Part shown: positions 17,443 to 27,952 of the stretch, in pieces
Layout: every line of letters starts with the position of its first letter
Numbering within the stretch: the stretch's first letter is position 1
Source: a virus
Lineage: Duplodnaviria; Caudoviricetes
Virus record (IMG/VR): IMGVR_UViG_3300011337_000466
Location: 1 to 46,219 of that record
Length of the DNA: 46,219 bases
Direction: 5' to 3' (one strand)
The notes under the pieces: model-generated
Told to the model about the DNA's origin: nothing
The model's input: only the letters and a program-made list of their open reading frames with translations
Databases searched by the model: none
Position numbers and translations under genes: made by a program

Positions 17443-18117
17443 CTATTGTATTGTTGGACTCTTGATCCTTGCTTTTAAGTAGTCACCACCTAGAAGGTTT
17501 CCGTAACTCTTCTTTTGAACATTAAGAGTACCTTGACCACCGAATGGGTTGTATCTGTACATTGACATATTGTTAGCTGTAACACCAGAACCAGATGCTG
17601 TATAAGGTCTTATCATTGTTGATTCTAAGCCTGGTGTTTCAGTACCGTACTTGTATTCTCCTTGTCTTAATGTATTAGAAAGGGAATTTGCTGTGTTGCT
17701 GTATGCTTGTCCTAGCAAACTATTGTATTTTGCATTAAGAGAGTTTTCTCGTTCTGCTCTTGCAGAGCTTCCCCATGTTCCTTTTTGTCCTTCAGTATCT
17801 GCGAGAGTTGCTGCATCCTGCTGAAGACCTCGATTAAGATCCTCAACTGTTTGCTGATAATCTTGTAAAGCCTTCCCTGTATCAGAAGCAACTCCAGCCT
17901 TACCAACAGCTAACTCATTCTGATACCAAGGATTAAGTGCTTCTTCGCCCTGTCCTGCGTATATTTTTTGAACATCTTCTGGTATAAAATCTGGAGTTAT
18001 TGGTTTTATACCTTGTCCACTTGCCCACTGCCGATATGCGGTAGGGTCTTTTTGCATCATCTGAATGTGCTCATTGATCTTCGGATCTATTGATGTTGGA
18101 ATACTTGACTGTGTCAT
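17443..18117 (-). CDS. putative ejection protein
   Basis: Q/A/G-rich helical protein between the nozzle and ejection genes. Confidence 0.55.
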   Translation of the reverse strand: MTQSSIPTSIDPKINEHIQMMQKDPTAYRQWASGQGIKPITPDFIPEDVQKIYAGQGEEALNPWYQNELAVGKAGVASDTGKALQDYQQTVEDLNRGLQQDAATLADTEGQKGTWGSSARAERENSLNAKYNSLLGQAYSNTANSLSNTLRQGEYKYGTETPGLESTMIRPYTASGSGVTANNMSMYRYNPFGGQGTLNVQKKSYGNLLGGDYLKARIKSPTIQ

Positions 18118-18134
18118 ATATATGTGTTAGTATA

Positions 18135-18638
18135 CTACGGAATTATCCATACTGTAAAGGTAAATGAGCAGTCCGCAGCAACCCCTGCTGCATTCCATGT
18201 CTTTACCTGGAAATCGTTTGCGTTAAATGATGATATATTTGCCGTAAAGGCTGTTGTTGCTATAGGAGAAATAAGAACATTATATTTAGCGTCACCAATA
18301 TTATGTGTTACCGTATATGCTCCCGTGCCTGTTTTTGTTGGAGACCATTTCTGGGAGAAGAAAAAGCGTGATGTATCAACCGCGCCAGCTGCTGTAACTA
18401 CACCAATTCCAGCAATACTTGGTTGTGGAAACTCTACTGTACGTGAATAGATATAGTCGTTAGGATTGCTTGGTGCGTATTGCTCCTTAACACCTATCGC
18501 TTGATCTATGGAATTACTTCTGGCTCTTTCAACATTTTCCTTGTACAGATATCTATCTGTTTTACCATATGATTTAAAGACATCTTCTTTTTCCTCTGGT
18601 CTTTTCTCTTCAGAGTTAATTGAATTTATTTGTGTCAT
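18135..18638 (-). CDS. virion-associated protein
   Basis: TGAYTVTHNIG...F.V.T.NAAG..ADCSFTF domain common at phage tail-protein C-termini. Confidence 0.6.
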   Translation of the reverse strand: MTQINSINSEEKRPEEKEDVFKSYGKTDRYLYKENVERARSNSIDQAIGVKEQYAPSNPNDYIYSRTVEFPQPSIAGIGVVTAAGAVDTSRFFFSQKWSPTKTGTGAYTVTHNIGDAKYNVLISPIATTAFTANISSFNANDFQVKTWNAAGVAADCSFTFTVWIIP

Positions 18639-18639
18639 A

Positions 18640-20178
18640 TTAGTTGTAATCGTATCCTAGATCATCTAGTTTTCTTATCATTGGGACACCAACTTTAACA
18701 ATCACACCTTTTGATTCTCCATATACACGGAACTTAATCCGGTTAAATTTTTCTGACTGAAATGCTGGAAACAGTGTCATATAATCTCCTGTTATCTCAC
18801 CAATGTCATGCCAGACATTCGGACGATCCTTGTCTGTTTGGTAAGCGAACTTGAATCCTGCTGCATTTTCAGAAGGCAGTGAGATGCCATTAATACGTTT
18901 TACGTGGGTTTCATTATCGAATGTCATCCAATTTGTTTGGTATTCACAGAAGATAGGAAAAGCGTTGAAGTCATTAGTAACACTTGAATTTATTGTCTGC
19001 GGATTGGATACATTAAATGTTCCTTTGTAAAAGTTTGTTGTGTCATCAGCAAACAATATTGCTGTTGGATATATGTCGTTAGAAACATAACTACCACTAG
19101 AAGAAACTGTTGAGAAGTTTTCATAAGCAGCACATGTTGGAGTTAGGGCACCTGATGGTGATGATATTGCATACATTGTCCATACCTGGGTAGAAAGAGT
19201 GTATCTTATTATGTACTGCTTTACAGAAGAAAGTGCCGGAATTAGTCCGATATTGAAGTAAACATGGTCATCATCTGACCAACCAAAAACTGATGCTTGA
19301 TTAGCGTTTGGGATCTTTTGGATTATATCTCGAATCTTTCCTGATACTTCTTGCGGGAAACCGTTAGAACCAATATAGTAAACACCGGATGGGTGGTAGA
19401 AATAAAAACCATTCTTTGTCTTTATGATAGCCTCTTGCTGGAACGCGCCAACACTAGAAATACTTGTGTTGTCTTGTGATTGTGTATTGTATACACGGAA
19501 TATACCATTGTGTGTGAATACATACAATACGTTTTGGAGTCGAGCAAAACCAGTTATCTTATCTCCGTTATTTGCATTGATTGTAAGAAATGATGCTCCC
19601 CCTGTCGTTGGCGCAGCAATACCGCCAGAAGGAATAACGTCTGAGTAGTATACTCTATTTAAAGCATCTGCTGAGTAAGCACACCAGATACGTCCGCTGA
19701 AACCAGCAGAAATTAAGTCCATTGTGTTCGGGAACGATGTTCCCAGGGCAGTTGGTGCTGACGCGACAGCGTTTGTATACTTAGGTTGTCCAGACCCACT
19801 ATTTGTCATGAGTAGATAACCTTGAACCATATCGAATCTGTTTTTAACAGAAGAACCAAAAGTTGCAGCTCTTGTTGTAACACTACCGTCGCCAAGAACA
19901 TCTTGTATCTTTAATGTTGTACCTTCTTGCCAAAACACTTGTGGTGTACTACCGATAGATGCTTCTTGATACAAAACACAACTCAACGCTCTCGCAGCAG
20001 GAGAAGTACCGACAACAGTAAACATTCTTCTTGTTGACATTATACCAAGTGTGTCATTATGAAAGTTTTCCGCATAACTAATAGACCCTTCAGGAGAGAC
20101 ATAGTGGCTCAATATATTTTCAGAAATAACAGATTCTGTTACTGGTGAAAATGGTACATTCTCAATTGATTTAAGCAT
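18640..20178 (-). CDS. tail nozzle/stabilisation protein (P22 gp10/T7 gp12-like beta-propeller)
   Basis: NRVYYSD, GDKITG...LYVF...IFRV and YFYHPSGVY repeats; position after the adaptor. Confidence 0.7.
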   Translation of the reverse strand: MLKSIENVPFSPVTESVISENILSHYVSPEGSISYAENFHNDTLGIMSTRRMFTVVGTSPAARALSCVLYQEASIGSTPQVFWQEGTTLKIQDVLGDGSVTTRAATFGSSVKNRFDMVQGYLLMTNSGSGQPKYTNAVASAPTALGTSFPNTMDLISAGFSGRIWCAYSADALNRVYYSDVIPSGGIAAPTTGGASFLTINANNGDKITGFARLQNVLYVFTHNGIFRVYNTQSQDNTSISSVGAFQQEAIIKTKNGFYFYHPSGVYYIGSNGFPQEVSGKIRDIIQKIPNANQASVFGWSDDDHVYFNIGLIPALSSVKQYIIRYTLSTQVWTMYAISSPSGALTPTCAAYENFSTVSSSGSYVSNDIYPTAILFADDTTNFYKGTFNVSNPQTINSSVTNDFNAFPIFCEYQTNWMTFDNETHVKRINGISLPSENAAGFKFAYQTDKDRPNVWHDIGEITGDYMTLFPAFQSEKFNRIKFRVYGESKGVIVKVGVPMIRKLDDLGYDYN

Positions 20179-20180
20179 GT

Positions 20181-21554
20181 TTATTGAATTATTATTTGTG
20201 ACTGACCAGTGTATGGATTACCCATTATGTTTGCTAGCCCACGCATAAACTTCTTGTAGTCTTCGTCGTCCTCACCAATCGAATCATCTCGACGACGCTT
20301 AATAGCAAACTTAAGATAATCTTTATAAATATCACGATAGTGCTCAGGAATAACATCAGACAAGAACGTGACATCTTCTATTTGTTTGTAATAATCTATA
20401 TACAAGTTTTTACCCTGAAGGCCAGCTGGTATTGGTCTATCAAACCACAATTTATGATTACCATCTTGGTCATCGAATACTGTGAAAAAGTAAGGTACTG
20501 CGAAAGTTGAGTATGCCCATACTTGTGTGCCAGCAGCAATGTTTCTACTTATGCCAGAACATCCGGTTAGTGTATTTGTGAGAAGGTTATTACCTGAGAA
20601 CGTGACACTTATGATTGATTGAGTTGGTAATTCGGTTGCAATAAGAACTGTCCCGGTGGTTGGGAAATCCCCTGTTGAAGAAAGGACAAGGGATGTCGCT
20701 CCAGACAAAGTTGATCCAACTGTAACAGAGTATCTATTTAAATAAGCTCTCTGATTCCATTCGCGCTTGTCAACATACTTAAGTGGTACGTTAGCAGCAA
20801 CAGATTGCCGTGCATATCGCGCGGCAAGCAATGTTCTGTTTGTTTCGTTGAAGTCGATATTTGAAGGAAGTGTTACGAAGTTTGTTCCAGCAAGCATTTG
20901 GATTGGGTATTCGAAGTTGTGTCTCCATTCATTAAGACGCCCGTAACCAAAAGATGTATCAGCGATTCTTCGAGCATCGTTGATTGCTGAAATAAAGAAA
21001 TCATCTTTGAGTTCTGTGTTACCAACAGCCTTACGAACACTGAGAATCATGTTACTTACTGTGGTTGGGCCGAGGTCATTTTGTGAAACACCAACACCAC
21101 CATTTGAATAGTCTGAGTAGATGCCAGTTACTGAGTTGAAGAATCTTTGACGGTAGTACGTTGATGATGTGCCAGCTGTGTCGTTGTAAGACGTCTTATC
21201 TTGACTCCACTGTATGTTGATTGTTGCGATGATTGAGAATGTGCCAGTTGCAGATGTTGAAGACTCAATTACAACTTTGTCGTACGTTACTTGTGAAACA
21301 GGTTCACCACGAGAGTGAGAAAACGAACAACCGAGACCCGCCATGAGGGCCATGGTGAGAGAGGTTGTTGTCTTCGAACTTATTGTTGGCATCAGTTCCG
21401 CGTTTGATGTGCCGATCATACCGAACACAACAAGACCGTTTGCTGTCGTGAACTGTTCTGTGTTTTCTACTGCAAAAGTACTGCTGTTTGAAGTATGGTC
21501 TCTTGAGAGAAACGAACTACCTACTACTAAAGATTGATTTACTGTTATGTCCAT
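20181..21554 (-). CDS. head-tail adaptor-like virion protein
   Basis: FISAINDA, GTNFVTLPS and IDYYK...DVIPEHYRDI...YL pattern of podoviral adaptors, with extra beta domains. Confidence 0.6.
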   Translation of the reverse strand: MDITVNQSLVVGSSFLSRDHTSNSSTFAVENTEQFTTANGLVVFGMIGTSNAELMPTISSKTTTSLTMALMAGLGCSFSHSRGEPVSQVTYDKVVIESSTSATGTFSIIATINIQWSQDKTSYNDTAGTSSTYYRQRFFNSVTGIYSDYSNGGVGVSQNDLGPTTVSNMILSVRKAVGNTELKDDFFISAINDARRIADTSFGYGRLNEWRHNFEYPIQMLAGTNFVTLPSNIDFNETNRTLLAARYARQSVAANVPLKYVDKREWNQRAYLNRYSVTVGSTLSGATSLVLSSTGDFPTTGTVLIATELPTQSIISVTFSGNNLLTNTLTGCSGISRNIAAGTQVWAYSTFAVPYFFTVFDDQDGNHKLWFDRPIPAGLQGKNLYIDYYKQIEDVTFLSDVIPEHYRDIYKDYLKFAIKRRRDDSIGEDDEDYKKFMRGLANIMGNPYTGQSQIIIQ

Positions 21555-21555
21555 A

Positions 21556-23376
21556 TTAGAATGTTATTAAATTACCAACACCTCTTTCGATACTAAATTT
21601 AGGGCCAGCGTTGGTAAATGATGTTGATGATGCTGACGGTGTTACTGAGTTACTCGCAGAAGATGCGGATGATGTGCCGACAGAGTTTGTTGCTGTCGCT
21701 GTGAATGTGTATGCTGTCCCGTTTGTCAGACCTGTAACGGTGATGACACCGGACGATGGTGAAGTTGCAGTTATCCCACCCGGAGATGAAGTAACTGTAT
21801 ACAGTGTTATTGTCGCGCCACCATCGTTTGTTGGGGCACCAACTGTTACACGAGCAGAACCGAGTGATTGTTCAGCAAGACCCATGGCTGGTGGTAGAGG
21901 CACAACAGCATTCGCTGTGTAAACAATATTCGATGGGTTTGACAAACTACCGTTGTTTGACGGTGTTAGTGTCACTGTACCAGAAGTCGTTGGAGTAATA
22001 GTGAATGTCTGTGCGTTAGAAGCGCCAACCCATGTTAATGTTACTGGGATTAATCCATCACTTGCTGTACCTGAAGGAGTTATTGTAACTGTACCGTAAT
22101 ACGTTGCATTCGGAGTAACTGTAAAGTTGGTTGAGGCAGATCTAACGTTACCAGAAGTAGGACCAGTAAATGTAAATGTTGTTGCTGGCACGAACGGTGT
22201 TGCTGAGTTAGATGCTGAAGACTCTGAACTATTACCAACCGCATTAGTTGCTCTTGCAGTGAAAGTATACGGCGTACCGTTGGATAAACCAGATACAACA
22301 ATTGGTGAAGACGAGCCTGTATTAGAAAAACTACCGGGAGTAGATATTACTCGATATTGTGTAATCGCCGATCCACCATCAGAAGTCGGTGGAGAGAATG
22401 TTACAGAAGCACTTGTGTTCCCCGGTGTTGCTGTTCCTATTGATGGTGCGTTTGGTGCAACAGCGTTTGCTGTATAAGTAAGTGCTGCTGGGTTGTTTAT
22501 GCCAGCTGTGTTTGTAACTGTCAACGTAATACTACCTGATGTTAGAGGAGTAATAGTGAATGTCTGTGCAGCAGAAGAAGCTGAATAGTTTAAAACCGTA
22601 GGAGACATCCCAGCAGATCCAGCGCCAGTTGGTGTGATAGTAACTGAACCAGTGATTGCAATGTCTGGTGTATATGTAAAGTTGGTTGAGGCAGCGTTAA
22701 CGTTTCCTGATGACGGGCCACTGAATGTTGCAGCAAGATATGGTTTAATAGAATACATTATGGAACTAAACCACCCAGATGACGATGTCCACTGAGTAAC
22801 CAAAGAGTATGATCCTGGTGTTGCCTTTGCTCCGTTGGAATCTAGTATACTTGATACAGCGGTTGCCACTGTCACAAAAGATTGTCGCAAAGTTGTGCTA
22901 GATCCAGCCTGGTGAGTTCTTGTTGAGTTGTCAAAACCCTTTATGAAAGTTGCGATCCATGCGTTGGCTGTGACTGTTGTCACACTATCTGTCTGTTGTG
23001 TGACACTATTGCCATTTGTGTTATTTGTCGCGTAAGCTTCTGCTTGTACAGGATCAACACCATTATAACACACAGCTGCTATTGCTTCTGTTGCACCACT
23101 ACCAGTTGTTACTGCAAGTGTTTTCGTACCAGTGTTTGGGTTTGCCAAGCCCCATACACTTACATTAGCAACATAACTAAAACCACTGTTAGATGCAATT
23201 GTTCGCTCGTTTAGTTTGGTTAGTGAAACACTATCAAATGTCATAGATGACACGTTGGCACCACTAACAACAAACAAATAACGATTTGCGGTTGATGCAA
23301 TCGTAATACTTTGGTTAGTTGTAGTATTTGCGTTAGCCTGGAAGCTTACAGACGTGTCGTATGCGATAGTAGCCAT
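21556..23376 (-). CDS. surface protein with duplicated Ig-like + fibronectin type III modules
   Basis: Two Fn3 copies (P..DGG..IT.Y.V...GL.NGT.YTFTA.ATN.VG.S), each preceded by a related Ig-like module. Confidence 0.85.
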   Translation of the reverse strand: MATIAYDTSVSFQANANTTTNQSITIASTANRYLFVVSGANVSSMTFDSVSLTKLNERTIASNSGFSYVANVSVWGLANPNTGTKTLAVTTGSGATEAIAAVCYNGVDPVQAEAYATNNTNGNSVTQQTDSVTTVTANAWIATFIKGFDNSTRTHQAGSSTTLRQSFVTVATAVSSILDSNGAKATPGSYSLVTQWTSSSGWFSSIMYSIKPYLAATFSGPSSGNVNAASTNFTYTPDIAITGSVTITPTGAGSAGMSPTVLNYSASSAAQTFTITPLTSGSITLTVTNTAGINNPAALTYTANAVAPNAPSIGTATPGNTSASVTFSPPTSDGGSAITQYRVISTPGSFSNTGSSSPIVVSGLSNGTPYTFTARATNAVGNSSESSASNSATPFVPATTFTFTGPTSGNVRSASTNFTVTPNATYYGTVTITPSGTASDGLIPVTLTWVGASNAQTFTITPTTSGTVTLTPSNNGSLSNPSNIVYTANAVVPLPPAMGLAEQSLGSARVTVGAPTNDGGATITLYTVTSSPGGITATSPSSGVITVTGLTNGTAYTFTATATNSVGTSSASSASNSVTPSASSTSFTNAGPKFSIERGVGNLITF

Positions 23377-23420
23377 GGTTAGTTATCCTTATTTTACAAC
23401 AAATTAGTGATATTGTCAAT

Positions 23421-23675
23421 CTATGCCTTATTAATAATGAAACCAAGTATTCCAGCCCACCATCCTTTTATAACTCCCACTACGCCAGCAATAACTAAAA
23501 GCCATTTAAGAGTTGTGCCAATACCGCCAAAAAACTTACTTACACTTTTAATTGATATAAGTATGTCGTGTATTTCGTCGACCTTATCTTTCATCCCTAT
23601 TAATCCAGTCTCTTGATCTCCAAAAATTACTTTCATTAGATTTTCATGTTCTTCTTGTAACTGACCTTTTTTCAT
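23421..23675 (-). CDS. small membrane protein (holin-like)
   Basis: Coiled N-terminus with a C-terminal TM segment. Confidence 0.6.
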   Translation of the reverse strand: MKKGQLQEEHENLMKVIFGDQETGLIGMKDKVDEIHDILISIKSVSKFFGGIGTTLKWLLVIAGVVGVIKGWWAGILGFIINKA

Positions 23676-23676
23676 A

Positions 23677-24729
23677 TTATTTAGCTAACCATGTTGAACC
23701 ATTCCATACATAGAGCGTTACCGTACTTCCCGAAACATATACAACAACACCTTTGTTGTTTATAGGAGCACCACTCGGTATTGATGTTACTATTTCTATT
23801 TCTAATAAATTACCCTGTGCAGCCACAGATTTTTCAACCCCACCACCCAGCTCAACACTCACATACGAAAGAGGTGAAAGTGTCGCACCAGTACCAGCAA
23901 TACGAGCTACTCCAGTAATTGTTCTTGATGTTGTTGTTGTAATTCTTGCAAGACCGGTTTCTGTGCGTGTTGTGTTTGCTGTAATTCTGGAAACACCGGT
24001 CTCTGTTTTGTTTGTACTAACGGTGATACGAGAGATACCTGTTTCAGTTTTTGTTGTTGTGACCTGAATACGTGCCACACCCGTTTCAGTTCTGGTGGTT
24101 GTTGCTGTAATTCTTGATACACCTGTTATGTTTTGGGTTGTTGTACCGGTTACGGCAATATTAGCGACACCTGTTATAGTCCTCGTTGTTGTTGCTGTAA
24201 TTCTTGATACTCCGGTTTCTGTTCTCGGTGTTGTAACAGTAATGCGAGACACACCTGTTTCAGTACGTGATGTACTTACAGTTATACGTGATACTCCACT
24301 TATTGTCTGAGAAACTGTTTTTTGTATTCTTGAGACACCATTTATTGTTCGAGTTGTTGTGGCGGTAATTCTAGCGACACCAGTCTCTGTTCTTGACGTG
24401 GTTGCGGTTATGCGTGATACACCAGTTTCTGTTTGACTTGCTGCAACGGATACACGAGCGACACCTGACTCTGTACGAGTGGTTGTTGTTTGAATACGGG
24501 CAACACCAGTTTCTGTCCTAGTCGTTGTGGCAGTTATTCTTGCCTTACCTGTTATTGTTTGAGTTGTCGTTATTGTTGAACTATCTGGATTAGTAACAAA
24601 AGGCCGCCCTTGAAAGGCATAGTCCATTGTTGTCGTATCTATTGATGATTTTCCAGGTACGGAAACAAAAGGCTGCCCTTGAAAGGCATAGTCCATTGTT
24701 TGTAGATCGGTTTTAGTTGGTAAAGCCAT
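23677..24729 (-). CDS. Thr-rich protein with 13-aa tandem repeats
   Basis: About 17 repeats of TTTRTETGV(S/A)RI-like units; doubled MDYAFQG.PFV motif. Confidence 0.85.
   Translation of the reverse strand: MALPTKTDLQTMDYAFQGQPFVSVPGKSSIDTTTMDYAFQGRPFVTNPDSSTITTTQTITGKARITATTTRTETGVARIQTTTTRTESGVARVSVAASQTETGVSRITATTSRTETGVARITATTTRTINGVSRIQKTVSQTISGVSRITVSTSRTETGVSRITVTTPRTETGVSRITATTTRTITGVANIAVTGTTTQNITGVSRITATTTRTETGVARIQVTTTKTETGISRITVSTNKTETGVSRITANTTRTETGLARITTTTSRTITGVARIAGTGATLSPLSYVSVELGGGVEKSVAAQGNLLEIEIVTSIPSGAPINNKGVVVYVSGSTVTLYVWNGSTWLAK
24606..24700. repeat. 26-bp direct repeat (24606-24631 and 24675-24700)
   Basis: GCCCTTGAAAGGCATAGTCCATTGTT occurs twice; it encodes the TMDYAFQG duplication. 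Confidence 0.9.
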
Positions 24730-25027
24730 CTTTGTAGTAGTTCTTAATTAACCTTTTAGCAAGATTTATTGCTGCGTTCTTGCTAATAGTGTTTTCATCA
24801 AATGCTTCAATATCTGCTATAAGATCAAGCCTTCTTGTTTCTTTAGCTGCATCTCGTGCTTCTTGGTTTGCCATCTGATCAATAACATTTTGTGCTTTGT
24901 TTAATATTCTTGCATCAGTTGGTCTTTTATCTTTTTCAAACTTTAAAAACACAGAAACACCACGTCCGATATCTACTCTCGCACGCCAGTTTCCAGCCTT
25001 ATCTTGATATACTTCTAGGATATTCAT
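24713..25027 (-). CDS. hypothetical protein
   Basis: 104-aa ORF in the structural operon. Confidence 0.75.
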   Translation of the reverse strand: MNILEVYQDKAGNWRARVDIGRGVSVFLKFEKDKRPTDARILNKAQNVIDQMANQEARDAAKETRRLDLIADIEAFDENTISKNAAINLAKRLIKNYYKDGFTN

Positions 25028-25028
25028 A

Positions 25029-27293
25029 TTATGCTTGTGTTATTGTCATGTCGTCTACATAACCATTAAATGTTGAACCACCGTACGCATATGCGAAGAT
25101 TTCTACTGTCCCCGCTTCTGACGGGGTGAATGTAATAGTTAATTCCTCCCATGTATTAGCTGCTGCTGTCATGCTAGATGTAACATCTGATGATACGCCA
25201 GATATTTGATTACCTGGACAAACCAAAGACATTGTAAGACCTGTGTCGTCACGTCGCATCCATGCTTTTACTGTAACAAGATTACCAGAGGTACATGCTA
25301 TTTTTGCAATAGATAACTTTAGAGGGAATATAGAGTCTGCACTTGTTGAAGTTGGAGACATTTTCCAAGAAATACCAGAAGCAGTGTGGCGAACAGAAGT
25401 ATCCGATGTTATTACTCCATAGTTACCAAATATGTAATGATTATCGGTAGTTTTGTCGTGTTTTTCAGAATAAATATACAAACCGTTTGCTGTTCCTGAA
25501 GTGTCGAATTCAGTACCACTCATAGTGGTATTTCTAAAATAGATATATGCGTTTTGAGAAACAGCGTTTGCTGTACATACAGCGGTATAATTTTTACTAA
25601 ATGTCCCATTATATGACGTAAGTCCAAAACCACTAACTCCATAATATCTATTATTAGTAACATTTCCTAAGTTTCTTATAACAACACTGTTGCTTGTAAG
25701 AATAGTAAGTGCTGCGTTTGTTGATGATGTAGCCGTGTTATTTGAAATACTGTTTAGAGTATTTATTGTAACAGATGCCGATCCTGATATAGACAGTGCT
25801 GCCCCGACATTATTATTCAATGCGTTAATTGTCTTGAAGAGTATATTACTTGGTATGGAAGAAGTCATTAGAATTCCATTATTATTATTACAATTACCAC
25901 TGTAATTATCTATTATAATATGATGAGATGCAGTTGATACCTGTAGTCCTGTAGAATATCCGACCATGTTTATTTTATTTATAGAAATAAAACTCTTCCC
26001 AGAAATCAGCAACCCTGTACCACTTGCGTTTTGACTTGCATACCATGTTTCTCCGTCTTGAGTTGTCATATTAGTTCTATCCCAACCACCTTCAAAATTT
26101 ATATAGCTTCCTGCTGTTCCACTATCTGTTACTGAAGACACCGTTGCGTTAGCATTACCAAGTGTTATTGTCGGCTCTCTTTTATATGTAGTTACAGTTT
26201 CTGTGGTTCCTGAATAACCAGCATGAAAACCTAGCACTGTATTTGTATTTCTTCCGTTATCAAGAATAACCTGCGTATCTTTTATTGACGCTATTCCATA
26301 CCAAGTTTCATTACCTGAATTTTTACCAATAAGGGAAGACAAAGTAAGACTATCGTTTGATGTTGAATCTTTACATGCAATGATATTATCAATAATAAAT
26401 GTTTGTGTTCCTCTATCAGTGTTTACATATAGTGCAACTGATTGAATACTAGACCCAAGTGCTGCTCCAGTGTCTACAGTAAACGTGTTCATCGTGTTGT
26501 TGATTGCTAAACCAGGCACGTTAATTGTATTTACTGGTGTTGCCCCAGCAGTGTCAGAACATAACTTTATACTTATATCACCTGAAGCAGATGCTGCTGT
26601 ACCAGCTATTTGCATTATATTAAAAGATACTTGTTTATATGCAGAAAAGTCTACAGCAGACCCTAATGCTTTGTATGCAGCGAGTCCCGTGGTAAAAGCA
26701 GCTTGCACAGCAATACTATCCGTTACATCCCCACTTCTTAGCATTGATGTGGAGAGACTTGTGGTTACGTTAGCACTCGCAGTCCATGCGGTTCTACCTT
26801 CTCCTTGATTGCCTGTACTTGCGATTGTTTTAGTAAGAGCTGAAGCAAGTGTCACTACTCCGTTAGTTACAATCTGATATGTCCCAGTTGCTCCACCAGT
26901 ACCGTTACCTGTTGATCCATCAAGGGTAAATGTAGTACTGCTTGTGACTGTTATTTTCCAGTGTCCATTAGCGTTGGTGTTTGTGGTATGTCCAGTTATC
27001 CATACATAATCACCAGTAGATAGACCATGTGTTCCTGTAGTAACAGAAATAGGGCTGGCATTTGTAGAACTAGTTATGCTAGATGTAGCAAATGGCCCAG
27101 CACTTGGTGCGTCTGTCCAAGTTCCGTTTATTCCAAGACTTGTTGGGTCTTTAGACTTCATCACACGAATTGTATCGCCAGGTGCAATTCTGGCTGCTGT
27201 TGCTCCTGATGTCCAAGTCTTCCAACGATTAGCAAAAGTAGTACCGTCGTTTGCATCATTTCCTCCATCGTAGTCTAAGTAATAGGTTGCCAT
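25029..27293 (-). CDS. tail fibre/spike-like protein (beta-helix and carbohydrate-binding-like domains)
   Basis: YYLD..GGNDANDG...WKT...APGDTIRV start of pectin-lyase-like proteins; N-rich beta-helix; WEELTITFTP...YVDD C-terminal domain. Confidence 0.7.
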   Translation of the reverse strand: MATYYLDYDGGNDANDGTTFANRWKTWTSGATAARIAPGDTIRVMKSKDPTSLGINGTWTDAPSAGPFATSSITSSTNASPISVTTGTHGLSTGDYVWITGHTTNTNANGHWKITVTSSTTFTLDGSTGNGTGGATGTYQIVTNGVVTLASALTKTIASTGNQGEGRTAWTASANVTTSLSTSMLRSGDVTDSIAVQAAFTTGLAAYKALGSAVDFSAYKQVSFNIMQIAGTAASASGDISIKLCSDTAGATPVNTINVPGLAINNTMNTFTVDTGAALGSSIQSVALYVNTDRGTQTFIIDNIIACKDSTSNDSLTLSSLIGKNSGNETWYGIASIKDTQVILDNGRNTNTVLGFHAGYSGTTETVTTYKREPTITLGNANATVSSVTDSGTAGSYINFEGGWDRTNMTTQDGETWYASQNASGTGLLISGKSFISINKINMVGYSTGLQVSTASHHIIIDNYSGNCNNNNGILMTSSIPSNILFKTINALNNNVGAALSISGSASVTINTLNSISNNTATSSTNAALTILTSNSVVIRNLGNVTNNRYYGVSGFGLTSYNGTFSKNYTAVCTANAVSQNAYIYFRNTTMSGTEFDTSGTANGLYIYSEKHDKTTDNHYIFGNYGVITSDTSVRHTASGISWKMSPTSTSADSIFPLKLSIAKIACTSGNLVTVKAWMRRDDTGLTMSLVCPGNQISGVSSDVTSSMTAAANTWEELTITFTPSEAGTVEIFAYAYGGSTFNGYVDDMTITQA

Positions 27294-27295
27294 AG

Positions 27296-27682
27296 TTATT
27301 GAATAGTCATTATTCTTTGAACATTCTTCCCGTCCTTATCATTTGTTTGCCATCCAAAACAATAGGCAATTCTATGATTTGTTTCCTTGCCATCTGTGGT
27401 GAAATCATGAGTATGTTGACGATAGAATACAATTCTAAAATCTTTCAATGTCATGTCTGTGTGCATAAAGAAAGGAAGCCCAGCAACTTCAAAGTGACCG
27501 TCTTCTAGGTTTACTGAGTACTGATGTTCATTGTTAAAAAGGAAAAAGCTTTTAACTTCATCTTGTTTAACGTCAAAATAACAGCTCCGTGTTTCAGGCT
27601 CTGTCATTGATCTGTCTTCTTCATTCTGCGTGTATGTAGAACCGTCCTTGTATGTAACTTGAAAAAGGTATTTGAGTGGCAT
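27296..27682 (-). CDS. conserved phage hypothetical protein
   Basis: 128 aa with VNLEDGHFEV...IVFYR...YCFGWQ pattern. Confidence 0.75.
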   Translation of the reverse strand: MPLKYLFQVTYKDGSTYTQNEEDRSMTEPETRSCYFDVKQDEVKSFFLFNNEHQYSVNLEDGHFEVAGLPFFMHTDMTLKDFRIVFYRQHTHDFTTDGKETNHRIAYCFGWQTNDKDGKNVQRIMTIQ

Positions 27683-27704
27683 GGTATTGCGTAATATTTA
27701 ATTG

Positions 27705-27947
27705 TTAGATGTTTGCTAGTTTAGCTTCGTTTTCTGCTTCAACATCTTCTGCTTTTATTTGTCCGATGTTAGCTGCTTCGTATTTTTCTAATTCTTCCGT
27801 AATGCCGTCTTTGTCAAGTGTCCCTGGAAGTTTAAAGAATGAACCGTCTGCGAAAGTAAACAAGTAATCCCCGTAGACATCAATTGTTACTTCTGCATCT
27901 TCAACTTGTTGTGTTATTGCGTTAAACGCTGATCGTGTTTTTGTCAT
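27705..27947 (-). CDS. small acidic hypothetical protein
   Basis: 80-aa ORF in the operon. Confidence 0.75.
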   Translation of the reverse strand: MTKTRSAFNAITQQVEDAEVTIDVYGDYLFTFADGSFFKLPGTLDKDGITEELEKYEAANIGQIKAEDVEAENEAKLANI

Positions 27948-27952
27948 AGTTT

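Noticed and set aside
21611-26808. Plus-strand ORFs antisense to Thr/Ser-rich structural genes
   Set aside because: Shadow frames produced by biased codon content.
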